NCBI GenBank assembly: GCA_965216325.1
Contig: OZ244160.1
Span: 2,016,001-2,080,000 of the forward strand
DNA from: Coraliomargarita sp.
GTDB lineage: Bacteria > Verrucomicrobiota > Verrucomicrobiia > Opitutales > Coraliomargaritaceae
Reading direction: 5' to 3'
DNA: 64,000 nt
Part shown: positions 22,902 to 31,882 of the stretch, piece after piece
How the letters are laid out: the number at the start of each line of letters is the position of its first letter
Position numbering within the stretch: the first letter of the stretch is position 1
The notes under the pieces: model-generated
What the model was told of the DNA's origin: nothing
What the model saw: the letters and a program-made list of their open reading frames with translations, nothing else
Database searches by the model: none
Made by a program: the position numbers and the translations under genes

Positions 22902-24281
22902 TTACTTATTGCGTGAGAGGCTGTTGATCAGTGCGACTGAGAGCTTCTCGATGTGGGCCATGACACCGGCTACTTTACGTGCGAGCAGGGCGTGGATGAC
23001 CAGCGCTGGAATCGCGAGGACCAGGCCAAGCTCGGTGGTGATCAGCGCTTCGGAGATGCCGGATATCAACGGCTTTGGGTCGCCTGCGCCAAAGACGCGC
23101 ATGAGGTTGAAGGTCTTGATGATGCCGGTCACGGTTCCGAGCAGGCCGAGTAGTGGTGCTACCGATGCGGTGACCGCGATGACGTTGAGGTAGCGCTCAA
23201 GCTTGGGCTGCGTGCTGAGCATTGACTCATACATTGCTTCTTCAACCAATGCGACGGACTCTTCGCTGTGTTCGACGGCCTGCACCAGCATGTCGCGCGC
23301 TGGGTTTGGCTGGGCTTGAGCGAGCTTCAATGCTTCGGCTTGTTTGCCCTCACGTAGCAGCTTCACGATATCGTGCACGGTGTTGGGCGCTGGCTGGCGA
23401 ATTGTCATAATCTGAGCGAACTTCAGTAGTGCAACGATGGTCGCCACCAGTGCAAAGGCGATGATTGGATAGACCCAGATGCCGCCCTTTTTGAGGTGGT
23501 CGAGCAAGCTGTCCTTGGTTGCTTGGATCGCCAAGGCGTTGCCGAGGCTGAGGTCCATCGGCAGCTCGCCGCTGCCGGCTTGCGCGATGCTCGCAATCTG
23601 TGAATCGGACTTTGTATCGATGGGATGGATACGTGCCTGAAAGGCTTTGGTTTCTTCAATGATGCCGGATTCGTCGCCGCTGAAGTAAAGCAGTGGTCCA
23701 AGTTGGAGGAACTGTCCTTGAGTGATGCGACCCTCGGAGTTGAGTGCTTCGCCTGCGTAGCGTTTGCCGCCGAGCACACCACTGAGACGGTCGATGGAGC
23801 CGTTGATTAATGCGAGTGAGGCGTCGAGTCGCTCAATGCGAGTGGATTCCGGATTTTCGAGCAGCAGATTGAGTTCACGAATCTCTTGGCCGTAGCTTGG
23901 TAATTCACCGACTGAGAGGCTACTTTCGTAGCTGGCGTTGAATTCGCTCAGCAGGGAGCGGGTGACGTAGCCGTATTCCTGGCGCAGGGCTTCGACGTTG
24001 GTGCGCAGGCTTTCGAGGTCGAGGCTGCGGCTGTCGTCGGCTTTGCGGGCTTCGTCGAGTTCGCCGCGCAGTTCCTTGGCCTCAGTTTCCAGCTCGCGCA
24101 GTTCCTTGGCCATCGGGATCTGCTCGTTCTTGATTTGCTCGCGTTGCGCGGTGAGGCGGCGCACGGCGTCGTCCAGTTTGGCTTGCTGCTCGGCCTGCAG
24201 TTGAGCGAGGTCTTGGGCTGCGAGTTGGCTGCAGCTTGCGATGGCACTGAGGCCGAAAAGAATGAATGCGTTCAGTTTCAT
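22902..24281 (-). CDS. large ExbB-family protein with periplasmic coiled coil (TtpC-like)
   Basis: Signal peptide, coiled coil, [27 protein letters not shown]. Confidence 0.88.
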   Translation of the reverse strand: MKLNAFILFGLSAIASCSQLAAQDLAQLQAEQQAKLDDAVRRLTAQREQIKNEQIPMAKELRELETEAKELRGELDEARKADDSRSLDLESLRTNVEALRQEYGYVTRSLLSEFNASYESSLSVGELPSYGQEIRELNLLLENPESTRIERLDASLALINGSIDRLSGVLGGKRYAGEALNSEGRITQGQFLQLGPLLYFSGDESGIIEETKAFQARIHPIDTKSDSQIASIAQAGSGELPMDLSLGNALAIQATKDSLLDHLKKGGIWVYPIIAFALVATIVALLKFAQIMTIRQPAPNTVHDIVKLLREGKQAEALKLAQAQPNPARDMLVQAVEHSEESVALVEEAMYESMLSTQPKLERYLNVIAVTASVAPLLGLLGTVTGIIKTFNLMRVFGAGDPKPLISGISEALITTELGLVLAIPALVIHALLARKVAGVMAHIEKLSVALINSLSRNK

Positions 24282-24287
24282 CGCGGC

Positions 24288-25058
24288 TTAGTTTTGAAAT
24301 TCGACAGGCAGGGCAATGAAACGCGCTTCCTGTGTTTGGTTGTTCGCGATGGCGATCACTTCGGCTATGCTTGTAGAGAGTTCGGGTTGTGACTCCCACT
24401 GCCAACCATCGGCTGCGGGCTGGCCGATGCCGGCATCGTCGCCTGAACGGGTGCGGTAGTACGCTGTGCCAAGCCCGATATAGACAGTCTCGACTTCGCC
24501 GGTGCTGCCGTCACCGAGGGTCCGGAGCTCCTCGTGAACGGTGATCGTGCGGTCAAATTTGTTAATGGTGGAGAGCAGGCCGATGACTGTCTGCATGCGC
24601 TCGGCAATGCCGAGGCTAGTGGTGGTTGGGTCTTGCGGGATACGCTGGTAGAGCGGTGTCAGCTTATCCTGCAGCGGGGTGGGAAGCGCCGGCTTGAGTG
24701 CTTGAAGCTTGGGCTCAATCCCGTCGAGGAACGAGGCGATGCGCTGACGGCCCTGGTTCAGTTCTTCCTGTTCGGTGACCAACTCGGCGCGCACGGCGTC
24801 TGCTTCGGTCTGGGTGGCTTCGATGGTTTCGAGGGATTTATTGAGCGTATCGATCTCAGCCTGAGTCACAGCAATCAAATCGGTGAGTAGCGCTTGCTTC
24901 TCTTCCCATTGGATGGCTTCGCTGGAAATTGCTTTCTCGGTGGCGACCCATTCTTTGACGACAGTGCGGGTCGAGTTGAGTGCCTCCGAGGCCGTCGCAG
25001 GGATGAGCAGGCTCAGGCTGGCGAAGGCGTTGATGAAGATGTGTTTGTGTATGGCCAT
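24288..25058 (-). CDS. DUF3450-like periplasmic coiled-coil protein
   Basis: Signal peptide, coiled coil, ERMQ..., YIGLG..YY, GWQW; usual position upstream of TtpC-like genes. Confidence 0.78.
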   Translation of the reverse strand: MAIHKHIFINAFASLSLLIPATASEALNSTRTVVKEWVATEKAISSEAIQWEEKQALLTDLIAVTQAEIDTLNKSLETIEATQTEADAVRAELVTEQEELNQGRQRIASFLDGIEPKLQALKPALPTPLQDKLTPLYQRIPQDPTTTSLGIAERMQTVIGLLSTINKFDRTITVHEELRTLGDGSTGEVETVYIGLGTAYYRTRSGDDAGIGQPAADGWQWESQPELSTSIAEVIAIANNQTQEARFIALPVEFQN

Positions 25059-25354
25059 AGCGGGCGGTGTAAATGGATGCGCGATCTCATAGATGGATCC
25101 GTTAGGAATCAAGCCTATGGAGCGGTGCTTCGCGTAAAGTCGTTAAGTGTAAGTGTGTTCTGAGCTAGCTTAGCACAACGTGAGCCTCATTTCTGGCCAC
25201 AGGCGGAGAAAAATAGACGGATTGGAAATTTGGACCAGAGGTTGGTAGGTGCTTCACTTGTGGATGCACTTTTGATTTGTTGTGACGCACAAGTGCGCAC
25301 GCTACTCTTAATCCCTCGTCGATGGATAGATTAGGAGTATGATTAAGAGTAAGA

Positions 25355-25894
25355 TTAAGAAGAGCCTTCCGGTTCAAGATGGGCGATTGCCGCTTGCAGC
25401 ACCTCGTCGGCTGGTCCGGTTGCTGTGATGGCTGTGAGGCTGTTATCTTTGAGTTGGAAGGCTTGAAATTGTGGGATTCCGCCTTCGACTTTGATTTGCC
25501 ATGCGGCTTTTTCGGCTGCGGCCGGGCCGATTGCTGGCCAAGGATAGTCCGTTTTGCGCAAGTGTTCGGCACGACCGCTGACACCTTGATTCATGCTGTA
25601 GGTGACGAACTCGATCTCAGGATGGTCTTTGCGAAGGCTGGGATAAGCCTTTTTTAGTGGTTTGGCGATCTGTTTGCAGTAGACGCACCAGGATGCGGAA
25701 TAGAAGAAGATGACGATCTGGGTCTCCTCGCTGAAACTGCTTTGGCTTAACTGGTAACCGTTCACGGTGTAGAGTTGCTTCTCGTTGTCTGGACGTGGCA
25801 GTTCGAGTTGCACGTCGGCTTGTTTGGCAACAAGGCTGCTCGTTGTGAGTGCGAGGATGCTGACGAGCTGGAGGACTGCTTTGAGGGAGAGCAT
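25355..25894 (-). CDS. exported thioredoxin-like protein
   Basis: SASWCVYC, GIP cis-Pro loop; ATG 25894 lies after the REPIN. Confidence 0.85.
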   Translation of the reverse strand: MLSLKAVLQLVSILALTTSSLVAKQADVQLELPRPDNEKQLYTVNGYQLSQSSFSEETQIVIFFYSASWCVYCKQIAKPLKKAYPSLRKDHPEIEFVTYSMNQGVSGRAEHLRKTDYPWPAIGPAAAEKAAWQIKVEGGIPQFQAFQLKDNSLTAITATGPADEVLQAAIAHLEPEGSS

Positions 25895-25910
25895 TGTTGG
25901 TGCTGGTGAT

Positions 25911-25990
25911 GGTAGCGCAGGTCCGTCCTTGGACCGCATCCGGCATTAGACAATAGGGGAGGTGCGCCGCGAGACGCGGCTGCGCTACCT
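25911..25990. repeat. GTAG REPIN (family A)
   Basis: GGTAGCGCAGGTCCGTCCTTGGACC...GGTGCGCCGCGAGACGCGGCTGCGCTACCT. Confidence 0.87.
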
Positions 25991-25995
25991 TTGTT

Positions 25996-28137
25996 TTAAA
26001 AATCCACCTTTGCGCCGAGTGTATAGGTGCGCGGCATGCGTGGGCCGTAGACGTAAGTGACATCACGATCGGCACCGGTGTCAAAGTCGTCTTGGTATTC
26101 GTCAAAGACATTGTTGATCCCTGCGCGCAAGGTGAGGGCGATGTCGTTTTTAAACACGAAGGTCTTGCTCACGCCGATATCGAGCACGAAGAAGTCCTCG
26201 GAGTCGCGCAGCTCGCCTTCTTCGGCGTCGGCATCGGTGAAGCGCTGCACTTCCATCTCGCCGGTCCATTTCATTGCGGCGTAGAGGTCGATGAAGTCGG
26301 GGTTGGTGTAGTTGAGCGCGATGAGCCCCGACCAGTCCGGTGTCTTGTTATACTTGTCGGAGAACACGCCATTGCCGGCGAAGACTTCGACGTCCTCATC
26401 GAATCGGGCGCGGCTATACGCTAGGCCGGCGTTGAGGCTCCAGTCCGGGTGAAATTGCCAGGCAAGGTCCCATTCGGCGCCATACACAGTCGAGCCATCG
26501 GTATTGTAGCGCTCAAAGATATCGCGACCGCTGGAGTCGGTGGTGCCGGTGTCGCGGGTGTCGAAGGAGTCTTCGAGTATGGTGTAGTAGACCTGAAGCG
26601 AGGTGATCAGCTTACGCTCGAGCGCTGCAGGCGTGAAGTCGGAACCGAAGGCCACCGTGTAGGAGCGCTCCTCTTCCAGGTTGTCGGCGTTGACGATGGT
26701 CTGGCGCTCGCCGTTGGCGACGGTGATGTGGAGGTCTTCGTCAAATACACGTGGTGCAAGGAAGCCACTGGAGAGGTTGCCACGCAGGGTCCACTCATCG
26801 GTCGCGGTGTAGCGAGCCGCGATGCGTGGGGAGAAGACTGGATCGTCGAGCGTGCTGGCTTTGTCGTAGCGGAGACCGGGCACGATCTCGAGCTTTTCGG
26901 TGAGCATCCACTGGTCCTGCACGTAGAGGCCGAAGTTATCGAACTGGCTGTCGTTGATCTCGGTGATGAAGTCGCCTTCAAAGTTCACGTTATCCTCCTC
27001 GATGTCTTCGTCTTCGTATTGCAGGCCCCAGGTCAGCACATGTGTGCCGGCCCAAGCTTCGCCGAGGTCGTAGTTGAACTGCGCATCGATGTAGTAGGTG
27101 AAGCTTTCCAGCTCACCGTAAAAATTGCGCGGGTCGTCAGGGTTGCTTGGATCGTAGACGGGCGGGAGTGGATCGCCGAAGTTGCCCCCGTAGTAACTGT
27201 CACGCTCGAAGGTGACCAGCGAGGTGGAGAGCGCGAAGTCGAACTCCTCCGTGATGCGTTGCTCCAGACGGATCGTGGACCAGTGGTAGTCGGTATCGAG
27301 GGATTCGGCCAGTTGCGCCTCGTATTCGGGCTTGTTGAGCTGGTCACCGCCGCGGCGCTCTTCGTCGATGAATTGATAGTTGAAGCGCAGGCGGGTGTGC
27401 TCACTGAGATCATACCAGAGGTAAGTGCCGACCACGAAGTTCTCGCGCTCGACCAGTTCGCTAAAGCCATCGCCATCCGCATCGTAGGCATCCTGATCGG
27501 CGTATTGCCCGTAGACGCTGAACTTCAGTTTGCTGTCCTCGGGCACCACATAGCCAGCAAACTGTGCGGTGTAGGCATCGCTGCCATCGATATCGAAATA
27601 GTCGAAGGTGCTGTGTGCGTGCGTTTCAAAAGGCTCTTCGGGGATCAAGTTGATCACTCCGGCAACGGCGCCCGGGCCATAGAGTGCGGAGCTGCCGCCT
27701 TTGACGACCTCGATACGATCAACGAAGATGGTGGGCACTTGATCAATGCCATAGACCGCGGCTGCGCCAGTGAAGAGCGGCTGGCCATCGATGAGGATCT
27801 GGTTGTATTTGCCGGGGAGGCCCAAGAGTTGGATCTCAGCGGTGCCACAGTTTTGGCAGTTGTTTTCCGATCGTGCGCCGTTCAGTAGTTCGATGGCTTG
27901 GCCCAAGTCATACTTGGCTGCCACCTCGAAGTCGTCCCCGCCCAGAAGCTCGGTCTTGATCGGCACATCAGTGATCAAGCGCTCGGTGCGGGTGGCAGTG
28001 GACACTACAGTGAATTCCTCGAGTTGGTAGACTGATTCGTTGTCGGTGCTTGCTCCTGGAATGTGGTCGGCAGTCTGCGCGGCTAAAGTTGAGCAGATCA
28101 GCAGTGCAGTCCAGTGGTAGTTGTGAGAGAGAGTCAT
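25996..28137 (-). CDS. TonB-dependent receptor
   Basis: TonB box region TVVSTATRT, plug RIEVVKGGSSALYG..AVAGVIN, terminal F; NCQNC motif in the plug. Confidence 0.95.
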   Translation of the reverse strand: MTLSHNYHWTALLICSTLAAQTADHIPGASTDNESVYQLEEFTVVSTATRTERLITDVPIKTELLGGDDFEVAAKYDLGQAIELLNGARSENNCQNCGTAEIQLLGLPGKYNQILIDGQPLFTGAAAVYGIDQVPTIFVDRIEVVKGGSSALYGPGAVAGVINLIPEEPFETHAHSTFDYFDIDGSDAYTAQFAGYVVPEDSKLKFSVYGQYADQDAYDADGDGFSELVERENFVVGTYLWYDLSEHTRLRFNYQFIDEERRGGDQLNKPEYEAQLAESLDTDYHWSTIRLEQRITEEFDFALSTSLVTFERDSYYGGNFGDPLPPVYDPSNPDDPRNFYGELESFTYYIDAQFNYDLGEAWAGTHVLTWGLQYEDEDIEEDNVNFEGDFITEINDSQFDNFGLYVQDQWMLTEKLEIVPGLRYDKASTLDDPVFSPRIAARYTATDEWTLRGNLSSGFLAPRVFDEDLHITVANGERQTIVNADNLEEERSYTVAFGSDFTPAALERKLITSLQVYYTILEDSFDTRDTGTTDSSGRDIFERYNTDGSTVYGAEWDLAWQFHPDWSLNAGLAYSRARFDEDVEVFAGNGVFSDKYNKTPDWSGLIALNYTNPDFIDLYAAMKWTGEMEVQRFTDADAEEGELRDSEDFFVLDIGVSKTFVFKNDIALTLRAGINNVFDEYQDDFDTGADRDVTYVYGPRMPRTYTLGAKVDF

Positions 28138-28238
28138 CGGATAATTTAGCTATTTGAAATTTATAACTTTGAATGCTCAAAATCATAAATTTGAGGCTAG
28201 GCAAGTGTTTTTCTAGCTAAGATCTGCACTGCAGATAC

Positions 28239-28279
28239 AAAAACACCTGAGCAGGCGAACCCACTCAGGCTATTTTTTT
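28239..28279. terminator. terminator-like hairpin in the receptor upstream region
   Basis: CCTGAG...CTCAGG stem flanked by A5 and T7 tracts. Confidence 0.55.
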
Positions 28280-28342
28280 GATTGAACACACTTTGTAAGA
28301 ACAATTGCGATCAGTGGTCGCACCGTTGAGCTTACGATGGAT

Positions 28343-28401
28343 ATACTAGCAAAATGGGCGCTCGAATTTCTACTCAATGCGGGAGAAAAAATAACCCGAT
28401 T
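28343..28401 (-). promoter_or_regulatory. conserved activator-type promoter P2
   Basis: AATCGGGTTATTTTTTCTCCCGCATTGAGTAGAAAT-N17-TAGTAT. Confidence 0.68.
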
Positions 28402-28543
28402 TGGAAATCGGGGTGCGGTCCAGCGTTGTCCTGAGATGAATGGGCACTAAGGTGCCATATTTAGGAGATTATTCTTAATCTGACTCCTAATCTTATACCA
28501 ACTTCGTAAAGGTTTGGCATCGTTGACTCGATTCAGGGATTTA

Positions 28544-28613
28544 GCAGGACAGGAATGTCCTGCCTCCTGTATCAAACATTTCTTTTAACGGGGGACGGAC
28601 ATTCCTGTCCGTC
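28544..28613. repeat. REP-like palindrome pair (GGACAGGAATGTCC)
   Basis: GCAGGACAGGAATGTCCTGC and GACGGACATTCCTGTCCGTC. Confidence 0.65.
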
Positions 28614-28695
28614 TTTCAGGTCATGCTATATTCAAACTATTATTAATCCTTTTCCGTTGGCTCTGGAGGATTAAGATTAAGAGTAAGAGCTGAAA

Positions 28696-28720
28696 CCGCC
28701 TGAAGGCGGGACCCCAACCT
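28696..28720. repeat. REP-like palindrome CCGCCTG(A/C)AGGCGGGACCCCAACCT
   Basis: Second copy at 40709-40733. Confidence 0.7.
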
Positions 28721-29693
28721 ACCCCAGGCGCTGAATGCACTGATACGCCTTCGGGAGTAGTCCGTGGCGATCTTTGAAGGCGCGGGCAAAGTGGCTGGCA
28801 TTGGAATAGCCGACTTCGTTGGCGACTTGAATGACACTGAGGCGGTCTTCTTTCAAAAGGCTGGCGGCGTGGTCCATGCGCACTTCTCGTAGGTAACTGA
28901 AGGCGGTTTTGCCGTGGATACTTTTGAAGGCGGACTTGAGTTTATGCTCATTGATGCCACCCAGCACGCAGAGGTCGTCGATTGAGTATTCCTGACCCGG
29001 TTCGCGGTGGATCTGCTGGGTAATTGTGTCGATTGCGTCGTGGTCGTCGGCGTTGAGTGCACGCTTATTCGAGTTGGCACTGCCTTTTGACTGAATCAGC
29101 ACTTCGGCCATCCATGACAGCACGTTTGCTTCGAGTTGCAGGCGGTGACGAATGCCATCGATTTCTGAATCCGCGATCCGTTTAGAGGCATTGAATGCGG
29201 TGGAATTCATTTGCCCGCTGCTGAATGGGATCGGCTCGCCGCTACTGGCGAATTGTTCGAGACTCGCATGCGCATTATCGGGATCGAGGTTTAGCAAAAA
29301 TCCGGTGAGTGCGGGCGAGCAGAGGAAGATGTCGATTTGGGCACCCTCATCAGCTGTGCGGTCGAGGCAGAATTGTTCGGCTGAGGCGCGAAACCATTGG
29401 CCGGGCTCTAACTTTTCGACGTTGTCCGCTCCGAGTTCGGATTTTGCCCAACCACTATTGATATAGCCCAGCATCAGGCGCGGTTCGCCGAATTGAATGG
29501 CAATCGGGATGGGGCTGTTGATGGACAAGCTGATGCGCAGGTAATCGAGGCCGTCTTTAATGGGCACGCACTTAGCCTGAAAGCGACCATGGTCATCTTT
29601 CCATTCGAGTGTGCGAGCTGGGTGGAAGGGGCAGGCTGGATCCCAGTTGCCCGCGCCCTTGTGCAGCTCAATGCCTGTTGCTGTGCGCTTCAA
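28719..29693 (-). CDS. AraC-family transcriptional regulator (PchR/YbtA-like)
   Basis: C-terminal double HTH: INEHKLKSAFK..., VANEVGYSNASHFARAFK..HG..P. Confidence 0.93.
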   Translation of the reverse strand: MKRTATGIELHKGAGNWDPACPFHPARTLEWKDDHGRFQAKCVPIKDGLDYLRISLSINSPIPIAIQFGEPRLMLGYINSGWAKSELGADNVEKLEPGQWFRASAEQFCLDRTADEGAQIDIFLCSPALTGFLLNLDPDNAHASLEQFASSGEPIPFSSGQMNSTAFNASKRIADSEIDGIRHRLQLEANVLSWMAEVLIQSKGSANSNKRALNADDHDAIDTITQQIHREPGQEYSIDDLCVLGGINEHKLKSAFKSIHGKTAFSYLREVRMDHAASLLKEDRLSVIQVANEVGYSNASHFARAFKDRHGLLPKAYQCIQRLG

Positions 29694-29698
29694 TCTTG

Positions 29699-29715
29699 TT
29701 GAGACTCAGTATCAA
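29699..29715. promoter_or_regulatory. 8-1-8 palindrome, Fur-like box candidate
   Basis: TTGAGACT-C-AGTATCAA (one mismatch), 5 bp upstream of the araC start. Confidence 0.55.
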
Positions 29716-29885
29716 AAGTTGCAATTGGCAAGCTTATTTGGTGGCGATGTGGGCTGTGGGATCAAGGCCAGTGCTCATAATCCACTCCGGTAGGCATTCA
29801 TATCATTGCTGAGATGATGATTAAGATTAGGAGTAGGATTAAGATTGGAAGTTGCTGTGGTGAGTAGTTCCACTACCAACAAGTG

Positions 29886-30281
29886 ATGCAAAAACAACAA
29901 GCCATCGTTTCGTGGATCATCTGGTTCGGGATGCTGCAGTCCGCGTTTATCATCCACTTTGTGTTGGGTGGTGGTTTTCCGTCTGGTGAGAACGTCGCGG
30001 AGCCGATGGCTAGTTGGCTGTGGGTGTTGTGCTTCGCGCCGATTGTGGTGGCGACGGTGATTCGTTGGATCGTTATTCCGAAGATCCGTGAGCCGAAGAA
30101 GTTATTGGTCACCATGATCATCGGTTTGGCTTTATCTGAGAATCCAATTCTGTTCTCGCTGATACTGATTGGTAGCGACTATCCACAGAATCAAATCGCG
30201 GTGCTGATTGTTGCAGTGCTGAGCCTGATTCAGTTTGCGCCGAGCTACCTGACGCCAGGCTATGACTATGACAAAGGCTGA
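29886..30281 (+). CDS. hypothetical membrane protein (4 TM)
   Basis: Four hydrophobic segments. Confidence 0.75.
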   Translation: MQKQQAIVSWIIWFGMLQSAFIIHFVLGGGFPSGENVAEPMASWLWVLCFAPIVVATVIRWIVIPKIREPKKLLVTMIIGLALSENPILFSLILIGSDYPQNQIAVLIVAVLSLIQFAPSYLTPGYDYDKG

Positions 30282-30385
30282 AGCTAGAGACACCCCAAAA
30301 TGATACCGTATGAATCGTTCATTAACGTAAAATGACGTTAATGAACGGGGTTTAAAGGATACGTCCTTGTCGGTCTTTTTTCCTC

Positions 30386-30444
30386 TTTCGGGTTAAAAAT
30401 GCTCCGAAACAGGGCAGAAATTCAGAGGCCGATTTTGGCAGACT
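30386..30444 (+). promoter_or_regulatory. conserved activator-type promoter P3
   Basis: TTTCGGGTTAAAAATGCTCCGAAACAGGGCAGAAAT-N17-CAGACT. Confidence 0.7.
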
Positions 30445-30460
30445 GTGTGCGAACACTTTA

Positions 30461-31087
30461 ATGAGCACACTGATACAGGATTTTGCTGAGGCGAAATGGG
30501 CCCCTTTCCGTGAATGGAAGGCGGATCTTGATGCGCAGGCGACCGAAGCTCAGCGCTTCGAGCAGTGGGTTTTCCTGAACGCTTCGAGTGTGCTCTTGAG
30601 TGAAAAGACGGGTGAACTGCTCGCGCTGAATCTGGCGGAATTGGACATGACGCTTGAGTCGCTTGAGCCCGCACTCGAACGATTGGCGGGGCAGTGGGGT
30701 TTTCACTATCGTTTGCTGATCGAGAGCAATGGCATCCTGAAGTTCATTATTTATCAAGAGGACCGTCTCCAAGAGGTATTGGACTCGGCGCCGTATTGTG
30801 TGATGGGCGCTCAGCTACGCTACCGTTATCCATTGCAGCCGGGCTCGTTTATTGACGAGGTCAAGGAGCGCTGGGTCGGCAGTGGCTCGATCCCTCACGA
30901 AATCGGAGTCGCGCTTGGGTATCCATTGGACGATGTGTTTGGCTACATGGGCTTACTGCCGCTCTCCTGCAAGGGTGCCTGCGGATGGCAGGTGTATGGT
31001 TGCATGAAGGAGTCGCAGCGTCGTAGTTGCGCCTTCAATAATGCGCGTTGCCAGGCTTTGATGTTTTTGGCGGGCAGCGGCGTGTAG
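30461..31087 (+). CDS. DUF3793-like protein
   Basis: [18 protein letters not shown]...G.WQVYG motif recognised as DUF3793-type. Confidence 0.8.
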   Translation: MSTLIQDFAEAKWAPFREWKADLDAQATEAQRFEQWVFLNASSVLLSEKTGELLALNLAELDMTLESLEPALERLAGQWGFHYRLLIESNGILKFIIYQEDRLQEVLDSAPYCVMGAQLRYRYPLQPGSFIDEVKERWVGSGSIPHEIGVALGYPLDDVFGYMGLLPLSCKGACGWQVYGCMKESQRRSCAFNNARCQALMFLAGSGV

Positions 31088-31247
31088 CTTAGGCGTCTCG
31101 CCTGAGCCCCTTTGTCAGTTATGGAAGAACACAGGCGGGACGCCTGTGCTACCTCATGTGGTAACGTCAGAGCGTTGCCCTCCACACAAAAAATGCCGCG
31201 CTCCATAGAGGCGCAACGGCATGTAATTGGTATGAGCGTTGAGCGTG

Positions 31248-31439
31248 CTATTTCTGCACGATTGCATCTACTGGGCATTGTGGCACGCAGCGCACGGCAC
31301 CCATATTGGAGCAGCTGTTGCAGGCATCGTCGTCGATGATGTAGGTCTTTTCAGTTGCGTGAGCGCTCACGGCATTGCGTGGGCATACTGGGCGGCAGGC
31401 GTCGCACATGACGCAGAGGTCTGGTTTGATTGTAAACAT
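31248..31439 (-). CDS. 2[4Fe-4S] ferredoxin
   Basis: [12 protein letters not shown] and CNSC......CVPQCP. Confidence 0.92.
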   Translation of the reverse strand: MFTIKPDLCVMCDACRPVCPRNAVSAHATEKTYIIDDDACNSCSNMGAVRCVPQCPVDAIVQK

Positions 31440-31718
31440 AGTCGTGATTTTTAAGTGTGTTCTCAAGAAGCTCGTTTAAAGGAGCTGACTCATACCAAGT
31501 CTCAGTAAGCGCATTTCGCAAGCGGGAGTCGCAGGTATTTGTAGTGTAAGTGGCATTTTATCAGTGTTTTATGCTCGATTAAGGTTATTGAGACTCATTA
31601 GCGCTCACGCGCGTGCGACTGAGGCTTCAAAGTGCCTTGAATGAGGTTCAGTCTCAATAAGAGGGGGGAAGGGTGAAGGCTGATGTTTGAGACCTGAAAC
31701 ATGAAAAGTTCTTTGAAG

Positions 31719-31872
31719 GTAGGGTCGCCTCGCCGAGGCGACCGTTCGGTAGTGGAATGAAATAGCCAGTCCACAATGCTTTATAAAACGCGGTCTGATC
31801 CTGCGAACGGCAGCCTCGGCTCTTCGATGGGCTCAGGGCGGTGAGCTTGTCGAATCCGCGAGGCTGCCCTAC
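31719..31872. repeat. GTAG REPIN (family F) with a nested 37-bp hairpin insertion
   Basis: GTAGGGTCGCCTCGCCGAGGCGACCGTTCG...CGAACGGCAGCCTCGGC[insert 31821-31857]GCGAGGCTGCCCTAC. Confidence 0.82.
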
Positions 31873-31882
31873 CTGATCATTA

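Noticed and set aside
26449..27888. 479-aa plus-strand ORF and other long antisense ORFs (e.g. 8402-9469, 34836-35564)
   Set aside because: Shadow frames opposite well-supported genes in GC-rich DNA; no motifs
28138..28500. Cobalamin or other riboswitch upstream of the TonB receptor
   Set aside because: No B12-box or other recognisable riboswitch core found by eye; an Rfam scan would settle it
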